From a virus (Duplodnaviria; Caudoviricetes): a stretch of 31,838 bases of DNA. Shown piece by piece: positions 1-7,855 of this stretch (position 1 is its first letter; each line of letters begins with the position of its first letter). The stretch is from IMG/VR virus record IMGVR_UViG_3300025066_000099, positions 1 through 31,838 of that record; one strand, 5' to 3'. The notes beneath the pieces are model-generated. The model worked only from the letters and a program-made list of their open reading frames with translations, searched no databases and was not told the origin of the DNA. The translations under genes were made by a program, and so were the position numbers.

Positions 1-206
1 GTGAAGAACCTCATTTGAGAGCCTATCTATGTGATGATTGTTGGAAAGCATTACCTCATTTCAGAGCACAAATCCCTCAGATAAAAAAGGAAAAGAAAAA
101 TATAATGAAAATAATAAACTACTATAGTTGGGTAATATTTTACTTCGTTGTAGGCATACTCTTATTAGGGTGGTCTATTTATAATATAATGGTTAACGAA
201 ATATGA
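1..206 (+). CDS. 5'-truncated small protein with a CxxC motif and a C-terminal transmembrane helix
   Basis: Frame is open from the window edge (EEPHLRAYLCDDCW...). Hydrophobic segment WVIFYFVVGILLLGWSIY. Stop overlaps the next ATG (ATGA). Confidence 0.55.
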   Translation, partial: EEPHLRAYLCDDCWKALPHFRAQIPQIKKEKKNIMKIINYYSWVIFYFVVGILLLGWSIYNIMVNEI

Positions 207-298
207 GTAGAATATTCACAGAGTGTCCAGCCTGTTTCGGCAGGTGTATGATTTACACATACGAAGGCCAAAAATACTGCGCAAAATGTAAAAAATGA
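203..298 (+). CDS. Zinc-finger microprotein, 31 aa (not in ORF track)
   Basis: MSRIFTECPACFGRCMIYTYEGQKYCAKCKK, with two CxxC pairs. ATGA-coupled to the upstream stop. Confidence 0.7.
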   Translation: MSRIFTECPACFGRCMIYTYEGQKYCAKCKK

Positions 299-317
299 AC
301 GTCTCAGTTCAGCTACC

Positions 318-334
318 AAAACCTTTATATAGGT
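318..334 (+). promoter_or_regulatory. Archaeal BRE/TATA promoter inside an inverted repeat
   Basis: AAAACCTTTATATAGGT with TTTATATA at 324-331, about 25 nt before the GTG at 357. The same motif occurs at about 8500, 13171/13201 and 29237-29254 (-). Confidence 0.75.
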
Positions 335-356
335 AGGTGGTTTTGGAGACATAACA

Positions 357-674
357 GTGATTAAAATGAATAGAAATCAACAAATCAATTGTCTGATGGA
401 TGCAATTAAGCATTACCAACAGACAGGAAAGCACAAGCAGGTAAGTATTCAATACGACCCTGTAAACAGGACTCAATTTAATTTTGATTCATGGAAACAT
501 GATAAAGATTCTGAGTCTGTAAGGAAAATCTTACCCGAAGATATTAGAATATCATCAAAAGGTAAGTTCTATGTTATCGGTAAAGATAATAGATACAATT
601 TAAAACAATATACTTCTCAGTTCAAGCAACACGCTAGAGCATATAGATTAGATAGATTGGTAGTGTCGGAGTAA
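357..674 (+). CDS. Stand-alone WYL-domain protein
   Basis: WYL pattern: LMDAI...VSIQY...RKILPEDI...GKFYVIG...RAYRLDRL (compare R-x-F-R-L-D-R-I). No HTH or WCX domain. The start may be ATG 366. Confidence 0.7.
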   Translation: MIKMNRNQQINCLMDAIKHYQQTGKHKQVSIQYDPVNRTQFNFDSWKHDKDSESVRKILPEDIRISSKGKFYVIGKDNRYNLKQYTSQFKQHARAYRLDRLVVSE

Positions 675-676
675 TA

Positions 677-1009
677 ATGAATGAATTATTAAATGGCTTT
701 TTGAAAGCCGCCAAAGATGATGAGCAAGGATTGAATGTAGCCAAACTTATGACTAATGAAGAACAATTACAATGGGAAATATTAGTTAAAGCTATGGACT
801 CTATAGATATAATGAAGATAGGTGTAGACTTAGAAAAAATATCTAAGACATATCAATTAGAAAAATGGCAAGAGATGGCCATTATAGCTTACGTCAAAGT
901 ATTAGAGATTATGGTTAAAGCCGCTAAAGAGAATGCTCCAGAAGTGTTCTCACCAAAGGCACATTCATCCCCTCAGCAGGAGTCATACACAGGGAGTATG
1001 TTCGGATGA
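677..1009 (+). CDS. Hypothetical helical protein
   Basis: 110-aa ORF tightly packed in the operon; no motif recognised. Confidence 0.7.
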   Translation: MNELLNGFLKAAKDDEQGLNVAKLMTNEEQLQWEILVKAMDSIDIMKIGVDLEKISKTYQLEKWQEMAIIAYVKVLEIMVKAAKENAPEVFSPKAHSSPQQESYTGSMFG

Positions 1010-1128
1010 AGTGTAATCTCTGTAAGAAATGGGAACTAGACCCACGCTATGCTATCTATAAAGATACTGCTGGTTACCCATACTGCTTCGAATGTTATAG
1101 AATAATTGGAGGTAGCCAACAATTATGA
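1006..1128 (+). CDS. Zinc-finger microprotein, 40 aa (not in ORF track)
   Basis: MKCNLCKKWELDPRYAIYKDTAGYPYCFECYRIIGGSQQL, CxxC...CxxC. ATGA overlaps at both ends; GGGAG upstream. Confidence 0.75.
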   Translation: MKCNLCKKWELDPRYAIYKDTAGYPYCFECYRIIGGSQQL

Positions 1129-1211
1129 GATGTATTAGATGTGGTGGAGACTATGTAGGTATGAAGAAGGTAAGTAAGTTTAATTGTCCCCACTGCGGAG
1201 ATAATAAATGA
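1125..1211 (+). CDS. CPxCG-type zinc-finger microprotein, 28 aa (not in ORF track)
   Basis: MRCIRCGGDYVGMKKVSKFNCPHCGDNK. GGAGGT RBS at 1108-1113; ATGA overlaps at both ends. Confidence 0.75.
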   Translation: MRCIRCGGDYVGMKKVSKFNCPHCGDNK

Positions 1212-1531
1212 ATGAACGCTGGATAGCCTTTGACCGTATATGGGCAAAAGGTAAGAACGGTAAGATGGTTCAACGTCTCAAAGAAAAATGTATAATGAGA
1301 GGTTTAGAACCAACTGAGGAAAACTGTCGTGATTATTGGATGGGTTACATCCGACATTATATCGATGGTTGGACTGGACAGGGTTATCATGTGAACCCAC
1401 GTAAGAACAAAATACTCATGAAACAACTAAAAAGGAATCAAAACAATGACAATAGAAGAAGACAGAAAGGCGGAAGCAAACCACCACACAAGGTGGGCAG
1501 AAGAAATCCGTCAAAGAAACGCAAGGTATAG
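1208..1531 (+). CDS. Basic hypothetical protein, possibly nucleic-acid binding
   Basis: Trp/Tyr-rich N-terminal part with SAP-like LKEKCIMRGL and a strongly Arg/Lys-rich tail. Confidence 0.65.
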   Translation: MNERWIAFDRIWAKGKNGKMVQRLKEKCIMRGLEPTEENCRDYWMGYIRHYIDGWTGQGYHVNPRKNKILMKQLKRNQNNDNRRRQKGGSKPPHKVGRRNPSKKRKV

Positions 1532-1712
1532 TGAAGAAAGTAATTGGTTTCCATTTGTTCAGAACGTGGAGGATGTCTTAGCTAGAATAGATAAGATGAG
1601 TCAACGGTTTGATGATTTGGAAAACAAGATTGGAGAAACACAAGGGATGGTAAAGAACCTAAGGAAAATATTAATAAAGTTGGAGGTCATCGATGACAGA
1701 TTCATCTTCTGA
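1446..1712 (+). CDS. Coiled-coil hypothetical protein
   Basis: Heptad-like VLARIDKMSQRFDDLENKIGETQGMVKNL; AAGGA upstream of the ATG. Confidence 0.65.
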   Translation: MTIEEDRKAEANHHTRWAEEIRQRNARYSEESNWFPFVQNVEDVLARIDKMSQRFDDLENKIGETQGMVKNLRKILIKLEVIDDRFIF

Positions 1713-1944
1713 AGTAGATATGGGAGATATGGCTGGTCAATTAATGATGGCTAAAATGGATGCAAATAAGATGACACATCTTTTACGCATCGGGACATTT
1801 CAATTAGAGGTAGCGCCTAACGAAGATATAGATGTTAGAGCTTTCTTTAATGAAACACTAGATAAATTAATCTCAGCATATGGTGAAAAACTATTAGAGA
1901 TTGATATCAAAACCGCTTCTGTGCACGGTAATATGCATGGATAA
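1693..1944 (+). CDS. Hypothetical protein
   Basis: 83-aa ORF with a GGAGGT RBS at 1682-1687. Confidence 0.7.
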   Translation: MTDSSSEVDMGDMAGQLMMAKMDANKMTHLLRIGTFQLEVAPNEDIDVRAFFNETLDKLISAYGEKLLEIDIKTASVHGNMHG

Positions 1945-1961
1945 AAAAAAGGAGAGATAAA

Positions 1962-2174
1962 ATGGCAGAAGGAAAAAGTGGATTAGAACTAAGAGCCGGA
2001 TTGTTCCGGAACACAGATAAGAACGGAAACGTCTATTATTCAGGTAAATCTGAAGGTGGAGACGAATTTGTTATGTTCAGAAATACTTATTGGAAAGAAG
2101 GTTCCAACAAACCATACTTCAGATTAATGAAGCGTGTGGCAGATGGACCATCTACTAGTAGTATGGAGGACTAA
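1962..2174 (+). CDS. Small beta-rich protein, DUF736-like, putative ssDNA binding
   Basis: AGLFRNTDKNGNVYYSGK...VMFRN...KPYFRL pattern with an acidic tail; strong A8-GGAGA RBS. Confidence 0.55.
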   Translation: MAEGKSGLELRAGLFRNTDKNGNVYYSGKSEGGDEFVMFRNTYWKEGSNKPYFRLMKRVADGPSTSSMED

Positions 2175-2176
2175 TC

Positions 2177-2548
2177 ATGTATGGAAGAGATGGAGACCGT
2201 ATGTTAGATATGTGGATGGACTTATTGTCTCAGATAGAGAGAGTCCCCTCAGGTCAACACGCACTCTCAACATTGAAAAGAAAAGATGTCTCAGTAAGTG
2301 AAGAGAATGGAACTGTAACCATCACAGCAGAATTAGCTGGGTTGGATAAAGAACAAGTCGACGTTGAGGTAAGTAGTAGAACTGTAAGCATAGCTGCTAA
2401 CTCTGACAGGAAGAACTTTAGATGGGAAGAAACATTTAAGTTTGAACTAGACCCAGAGTCAACACAAGCTACTATGGTAAATGGTATACTCGATTTAGTT
2501 ATTGAAAAGAAAGAGAAGACATCATCAAAGAAAATTGAGATAGAATGA
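2177..2548 (+). CDS. hsp20: Small heat-shock protein (Hsp20/alpha-crystallin domain)
   Basis: TITAELAGLDKEQVDVEV...ATMVNGILDLVIEK and a C-terminal IxI motif (KIEIE); GGAGG RBS. Confidence 0.9.
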   Translation: MYGRDGDRMLDMWMDLLSQIERVPSGQHALSTLKRKDVSVSEENGTVTITAELAGLDKEQVDVEVSSRTVSIAANSDRKNFRWEETFKFELDPESTQATMVNGILDLVIEKKEKTSSKKIEIE

Positions 2549-3216
2549 GTAGTCACGACGATTGGATACAATCGCCCAAGAGTCAGAGAGTATGGCTCGA
2601 AGATTCGATGAAGGCTCTAGGGCAATTTGCTTTTATAGCACCAATCCATAGGGTTAAACATTGGAATCCTACTAACAAACGTAGAAACAAATGTTGGGCT
2701 AAAGAAGGTGAATGTGTATTTTGTAAAAATGGAACACCTAAAATAAATGAATTTACTTATGGTATTTATTTAAATGAAATGAAAGAAATAAAATACTTAA
2801 CACTAACAGTGGCATCACACACCCAAGCTCAACGATTGTTTTCTACACTTATAGAGAATGGAACTAACCCTACAGATTTAGTTTTTGAATTTCAAAAAGG
2901 TAAGGTTAAGACCACTTTCGGTAGAGAAGCAAACGGATATATTATAGAGCCAACTGAGAGCGACGCTTTCGTGGCTGAGAAGTTTAGACCAAGTTTAACC
3001 AACAGTGATGAACAGTCCTTTAGATGGGTGGTTCCAGAGGAGGTAGTTGAATATCTCAAGGATAAAAATGGGGAACCAATGAGTATGATAGATTTATTCT
3101 TAATACTCAAAGAACAATTCCCAGCCATCCCAGAAAAGGAACTCAAAAAGTATGCAGTGAAACTTTGTGAACATAATGTTCTCAATTTAATGAATGCTAA
3201 GGAAAAATGGATATGA
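2545..3216 (+). CDS. Putative zinc-binding single-stranded DNA-binding protein (gp32-like OB fold)
   Basis: H-x9-C-x6-C-x2-C (HWNPTNKRRNKCWAKEGECVFC), then a beta-rich region and a helical C-terminus; lies next to the ATPase in the replication block. Confidence 0.5.
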   Translation: MSSHDDWIQSPKSQRVWLEDSMKALGQFAFIAPIHRVKHWNPTNKRRNKCWAKEGECVFCKNGTPKINEFTYGIYLNEMKEIKYLTLTVASHTQAQRLFSTLIENGTNPTDLVFEFQKGKVKTTFGREANGYIIEPTESDAFVAEKFRPSLTNSDEQSFRWVVPEEVVEYLKDKNGEPMSMIDLFLILKEQFPAIPEKELKKYAVKLCEHNVLNLMNAKEKWI

Positions 3217-4688
3217 AAAGATTTGAAATATACGATTTACTTAGGTATTTCCACAACGCAAAAAAATCAGACGGAACGCTATTCCCTATTCTAGGAGAGG
3301 ATGCCCTAGCCCTAACAACAAGTCTTTCATATATTCTAGAAGATACTAATTTTTGTATTAAAGCATATAGTGGAACAGGTAAGACAGTACTAATGGAGGC
3401 TATAGGTAATCTACTTCCAGAAGGTTATGTATATACTGTAGAACATATGTCAGAAACTGCTATATGGTATGACGAAGAGAAAATTAATAAAGCAAGATTT
3501 GTTTTTATACCTGAGGCACAAAAAATACCAGAAGGGGTTATGGAAATAATAAAGACATGGGCTGACGGTAGAACAGCAGAACGTAAAAGGACTGATGTAA
3601 CAATCAAAGCCACAGTAGGTCAATGGCTACATCCTAAATATGTATTAATGGCAGTAGCAGTGGAGAATGATAAAGGTTCAGCTATGTTTGATGCTGAGTT
3701 GGAAAGAAGATGTATGATTATGCATACTAACCCTACTGTTAAGCAAACTGAACTAGTAGTTAAACATAAACTAATGAATTCAGCGCTACCTAAAGCTACT
3801 ATGTCCTCTATGAAGGATTCTGAAATCGAACAACTTAAGAAACATATACACCAAACACTTAGGGAGAGGGATGAAGATGACGCTACCATAATTAAAAACC
3901 CTTGTGCTCCTTTCTTATTTGATGCCATACCCTCAGCATTTCCAGTATCAAGGTCTAAAGTTCAATACTTATTAAGATTAATTAATGCTATTGCACGATT
4001 TTATCCTGATGAAATAACGAGGGTAGAGAAAGATGGGATTAGATATGGGCTTGTAAGTCCAAAACATAATTGGTTAGGGTTGCGCATATACCTTAATTCA
4101 TTTGTAGAAGAGTGTTTGCATATGCCAGCACACGGAACAGACATCCTTAAACTATTTCCAGAGACACGTCTAGATAAATTTGGTTTTGCTGATAGTGAGA
4201 CTGTAAAGATGTCTGAAGGTGAATTAAAGAAGGCAGCGAAGGCTGCCGGATTACCCTTTACTAAACTGAGACCTGTATTAGTAGGTTTAATAATGACTGG
4301 TTTCTTAGAAGTAGATGATGAAGGAGGAAAAACTAAATTATATTACAAGAGTCCTCTCATAGCAGAACCAGTATCAAAAATAAATTGGAGTGATTTAATT
4401 GAAGAAACAAAAGAGTTTATACGAAAAGAGTGGCCTGAAGTGGCTGAAGAATACATTGGGCGCAGTTGTAGCCGTATCCAAATTATTGACCCGTTTAGCG
4501 GGGACAACATTGAATTGGGTGAGAGAGCAAAGACAGCGGTAGATGTGAGTGATGGTGATTATCCTAAGGTCTTTAAGACTTCTAAGGATTCTCAACATAA
4601 GACATATGAAGAGTTTTTACTTCATGCAGAAGGAGATTATAATGAAAAAGAATACGAAACCATCAGAGAATTTTACAAGAAAGATTAG
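3213..4688 (+). CDS. AAA+ (MCM-like) P-loop ATPase, candidate replicative helicase
   Basis: Walker A-like AYSGTGKT, Walker B-like FVFIPE, Arg-finger-like ELERR, and a probable C-terminal winged helix. The start is 3207 or 3213 (ATGA overlap). Confidence 0.65.
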   Translation: MKRFEIYDLLRYFHNAKKSDGTLFPILGEDALALTTSLSYILEDTNFCIKAYSGTGKTVLMEAIGNLLPEGYVYTVEHMSETAIWYDEEKINKARFVFIPEAQKIPEGVMEIIKTWADGRTAERKRTDVTIKATVGQWLHPKYVLMAVAVENDKGSAMFDAELERRCMIMHTNPTVKQTELVVKHKLMNSALPKATMSSMKDSEIEQLKKHIHQTLRERDEDDATIIKNPCAPFLFDAIPSAFPVSRSKVQYLLRLINAIARFYPDEITRVEKDGIRYGLVSPKHNWLGLRIYLNSFVEECLHMPAHGTDILKLFPETRLDKFGFADSETVKMSEGELKKAAKAAGLPFTKLRPVLVGLIMTGFLEVDDEGGKTKLYYKSPLIAEPVSKINWSDLIEETKEFIRKEWPEVAEEYIGRSCSRIQIIDPFSGDNIELGERAKTAVDVSDGDYPKVFKTSKDSQHKTYEEFLLHAEGDYNEKEYETIREFYKKD

Positions 4689-4956
4689 ATTACCTAAGAG
4701 AGATGAACTATTCGCTGTGGTTGTAGATATGTCAGGGGGCTCTAGAATGAGAGCCCTTTGTAGTGATAATAAAACCCGCATGATTAGAATTGGTGGTAAA
4801 CTAAAGAAAAGAATGTGGTGTAGAGAGAATGATTTAATCATAGTTAAGCCTTGGGTTATACAAAGTGACCAGAAGGCAGACTTAGTATACAGATATCTCC
4901 CTACTGAGAGGAACAGGGTCCTCCATAAAATCCCTGAGGAATTGAATATATGGTAA
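4642..4956 (+). CDS. eif1a: Archaeal translation initiation factor 1A (aIF-1A/eIF-1A)
   Basis: RLPKRDELFAVVVDMSGGSRMRALCSDNKTRMIRIGGKLKKRMWCRENDLIIVKPW...KADLVYRY matches the eIF1A OB fold. A GGAGA RBS at 4632 supports ATG 4642 rather than 4549. Confidence 0.92.
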   Translation: MKKNTKPSENFTRKIRLPKRDELFAVVVDMSGGSRMRALCSDNKTRMIRIGGKLKKRMWCRENDLIIVKPWVIQSDQKADLVYRYLPTERNRVLHKIPEELNIW

Positions 4957-5270
4957 GTGGAATAGAAACAACGTATATGGATTTTACTCGTAAGACAGCA
5001 AAATATCCTAAACGTAGAGAAAAAGAATACCTAATGATAGGTTTAATGAACGAAGCCGGAGAAGTAGGTGGTGCATTTAAAAAAGAGATAAGAGACCGTG
5101 TTAATAACGAAGACCTTATCATAGATGAAATGGGAGATGTTTTATGGTATCTCACAAGATTATGTGATGTATATAACATTAAGATATCAGAACTAATGGT
5201 CAACAATATGGATAAACTATTTAGTAGAATGACACCAGACCAACAAAAGGCGTATAGAGATGAGTGTTGA
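4950..5270 (+). CDS. mazG: MazG-like nucleoside triphosphate pyrophosphohydrolase
   Basis: GLMNEAGEV...KK...DEMGDVLWYL, the ExxE...ExxD motif of all-alpha NTP-PPases. Confidence 0.9.
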   Translation: MVSGIETTYMDFTRKTAKYPKRREKEYLMIGLMNEAGEVGGAFKKEIRDRVNNEDLIIDEMGDVLWYLTRLCDVYNIKISELMVNNMDKLFSRMTPDQQKAYRDEC

Positions 5271-5541
5271 AATAAAGAAACTAACTGTATCTACAGACGA
5301 CGAACGCAAACAATGGATGGAACTACTAACTAAGGCTAGTTATTTCCATTATGATATGGCGGGTCAGTTTAACCCTGAAATAAAAGGCGATACAGAAATG
5401 GAAGAAGTAGCAACTATACACCGAGCATGGGGTAAGGCCATACAAGATGCTGTTACACTAATAGATATGTGGGAAGTAGAAGCAGAGGATGAAATACTAA
5501 CTCCTCCTAAGACAATTAATGTAACACCAGAGGAGGACTAA
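5260..5541 (+). CDS. Hypothetical acidic protein
   Basis: 93-aa ORF overlapping both neighbours. Confidence 0.7.
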   Translation: MSVEIKKLTVSTDDERKQWMELLTKASYFHYDMAGQFNPEIKGDTEMEEVATIHRAWGKAIQDAVTLIDMWEVEAEDEILTPPKTINVTPEED

Positions 5542-5627
5542 TGGTTAAAGCAACACCAATGGACCCATCGGCGGCATATCTCAGAAAGATATATGCACTC
5601 TTAAAAGAAATAAATAAGAAACTATGA
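5541..5627 (+). CDS. 28-aa amphipathic-helix microprotein (not in ORF track)
   Basis: MVKATPMDPSAAYLRKIYALLKEINKKL. GGAGG RBS; TAATG and ATGA overlaps fill the gap before polB exactly. Confidence 0.6.
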   Translation: MVKATPMDPSAAYLRKIYALLKEINKKL

Positions 5628-7855
5628 AAGTACCACTAATTGCCAGTATTAATAAACGCACAATAAATCTTGAGACTAAAAAATTGATGGTCAAGATGTA
5701 TAGGAATGGGGAAGCTGAGGCTGTAGAGTCTCCGTACATCCCGTACTACTATACTGAGGACAAAAATGGGGAGACAAAAAAGCTGATAGCCTCTAATGAA
5801 ACAGTTCAGCTAAAGAAACACCTCTATATACCCGGTAAGGAACACGTTCCACGCCACGCACTCTTTGATGGTGGAAGAGAAGCATTACTCGAAAGGTTAT
5901 GTATTGAACATCCTAAGTTCTTTGCAGACTACCCTAACGACAAAGATGTTAAATGCCTTGTGTTTGATATAGAAACACACTCCCCCGATGGTACCTTTCC
6001 TTTTGGAGAGAAGTACCCTATCGTTGCCATTGGCATTGTCACTTCTACCGGAGAGCGCAAAGTGTTCCTATGGGACAACGAGACTGAAGATGATAGCAAA
6101 TTATTATGGGACTTCGCAAATTATATACAGGAGTATGACCCTGACATTATTACGGGGTGGAATCTTGTGGGCTATGATATTCCACAAATTCTCCACAGAG
6201 TACGTTATAATCATATAAACGAAGCACAATATAAAAAACATCTCAACCGAGATGGGTCTAGCTGGGGGTATGAACCTCCTAGAGACAACAGAGAACTGAA
6301 GATGAACGCCGGGGGTCGCGTTATATTAGACCTACTACGTTGGGCCAGACTTGATTATTCCCTATCAGGTTTACCCCGTGGACTCAAACAAGTTTCACAG
6401 GCCTTCGGCCTAGAACCTATTGAGCTCGACTTTGCAACCAAGACTTTGATGGATTACACCCTAAAAGAAATCGAAGACTATGTATTGTCAGATGTAGATT
6501 GTACGCTATATATGTACAACCACTACTTCCCACAAATAAAATACGTAGCAGAGGTTCTAAGCGTCCCTTTGGCAACCTATGTAAACGCCCCCAGTAGCTA
6601 TATTACGAAAATATTGCAGGGGAGGAGCTTATTCGAGCAGGGCATAGTAGCGCTTGATAGAAACAAAGAGCGCCATCCTGATATATTTAGGTTTGAAAAA
6701 GGTAATTATCAGGCTGCCCACATAGAGCTTTATAAACAGGGTTATGAAGCTGAGAACTATAAAGTAGATTTCAGTTCATATTACCCCTCTATAGCGATGG
6801 CTCTCAACTTAGGGCCCGACACAACAAAGATTATAGGCTATGATGACTATAGTCCAAATGTAGAATTTAAGGATGGTATACTATATGTGCCTGATAACAA
6901 AGTTAACAAGCGTTTGATGCTTAATATAGATATAGATAAGAAGAGCTGCTTATATACTATGTGTAAGGAATTCAAAGAAATGCGAAAGCCTTATAAACTT
7001 GGTAAAACTAAAGAGGATAAGAGTAAGTCCGATGCTCTTAAAATAATGGTGAACACTTTCTATGGTGCAAATGCTAATCCTTATGTTTCTTACGGCGATA
7101 TGGGCGTCGGTATTGCTATTACTGCAATTGCCCGTTGGTTACTCCTTGCGGGTGTCGACATCATCCGTGCAAGATATGGGCCAGATTCTGTGGTATATGT
7201 ACATACAGATGGGATTAATACTAATGTTGATGTGGATGTTGATTGGTTAACAAAACGATTACAGATGTTAATGAAACATCACCTACCCTTCACTGAATCT
7301 GAAAACATCACAATGGATAAAGATGTCTTCCAAGAAGGGGTATGGATACAAGTAGGTAATTACATATTACGTAATTTGGATGGTAGTGTTACGAAGCATG
7401 GAAGCACCTTCAAGTCGAAGAGTCGCTCTATATTCTATAATAAGGTATTAGATAGGTTAGCAGACGCGCGATTAAATAATACCGTTACAAATTCTTTTGT
7501 CGATAAGTTATATGATTTAGAAGAATATAAGTTAGAAGATTTTATAATGCGTAGGTCTACCAATAGAGGTTATGATGATTATAAATCAGAAACAGACCTA
7601 ACAGTTCAATTAATGAATCTTGGTAAACAAATAGGTATGGAACCTGCTGAAGGCACTACATACTTTTATGCTAAAACTAAAGAAGGATATAGATTAAAAG
7701 AACAGATAAAGTCAGTCGAAGAGATAGACATCACCTACTATTGGGATACAATATCTAACCTACTTATAAAATTTGGGTTAAAAGAGTATGTTAAGAAGAA
7801 GCCTCCTTTAACCATGTTAGATAAAAAACAACAATCGTTGGCGGAGTGGATATGA
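5624..7855 (+). CDS. polB: Family B DNA polymerase with 3'-5' exonuclease and C-terminal PIP box
   Basis: ExoI FDIET, ExoII GWNLVGYDIP, ExoIII YVLSDV, motif A DFSSYYPS, motif B KIMVNTFYG, variant motif C YVHTDG, C-terminal QQSLAEWI. Confidence 0.95.
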   Translation: MKVPLIASINKRTINLETKKLMVKMYRNGEAEAVESPYIPYYYTEDKNGETKKLIASNETVQLKKHLYIPGKEHVPRHALFDGGREALLERLCIEHPKFFADYPNDKDVKCLVFDIETHSPDGTFPFGEKYPIVAIGIVTSTGERKVFLWDNETEDDSKLLWDFANYIQEYDPDIITGWNLVGYDIPQILHRVRYNHINEAQYKKHLNRDGSSWGYEPPRDNRELKMNAGGRVILDLLRWARLDYSLSGLPRGLKQVSQAFGLEPIELDFATKTLMDYTLKEIEDYVLSDVDCTLYMYNHYFPQIKYVAEVLSVPLATYVNAPSSYITKILQGRSLFEQGIVALDRNKERHPDIFRFEKGNYQAAHIELYKQGYEAENYKVDFSSYYPSIAMALNLGPDTTKIIGYDDYSPNVEFKDGILYVPDNKVNKRLMLNIDIDKKSCLYTMCKEFKEMRKPYKLGKTKEDKSKSDALKIMVNTFYGANANPYVSYGDMGVGIAITAIARWLLLAGVDIIRARYGPDSVVYVHTDGINTNVDVDVDWLTKRLQMLMKHHLPFTESENITMDKDVFQEGVWIQVGNYILRNLDGSVTKHGSTFKSKSRSIFYNKVLDRLADARLNNTVTNSFVDKLYDLEEYKLEDFIMRRSTNRGYDDYKSETDLTVQLMNLGKQIGMEPAEGTTYFYAKTKEGYRLKEQIKSVEEIDITYYWDTISNLLIKFGLKEYVKKKPPLTMLDKKQQSLAEWI

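Noticed and set aside
1505-1531. C-terminal PSKKRKV resembles the SV40 nuclear localisation signal
   Set aside because: All other signals point to an archaeal host without a nucleus. The segment lies in an overlap with another ORF and is easily explained as a basic tail.
4549-4641. Longer N-terminal extensions given by the ORF track (aIF-1A from 4549; also Sm-like from 8495 and nrdJ from 13234)
   Set aside because: Downstream ATGs have proper RBSs and match the domain boundaries; the extensions overlap other genes or promoters.
4950-7855. MazG plus an unusual polymerase as a 2-aminoadenine (Z-genome) or deazaguanine pathway
   Set aside because: No PurZ, DatZ, DpdA or Que-type genes are recognisable in the window.
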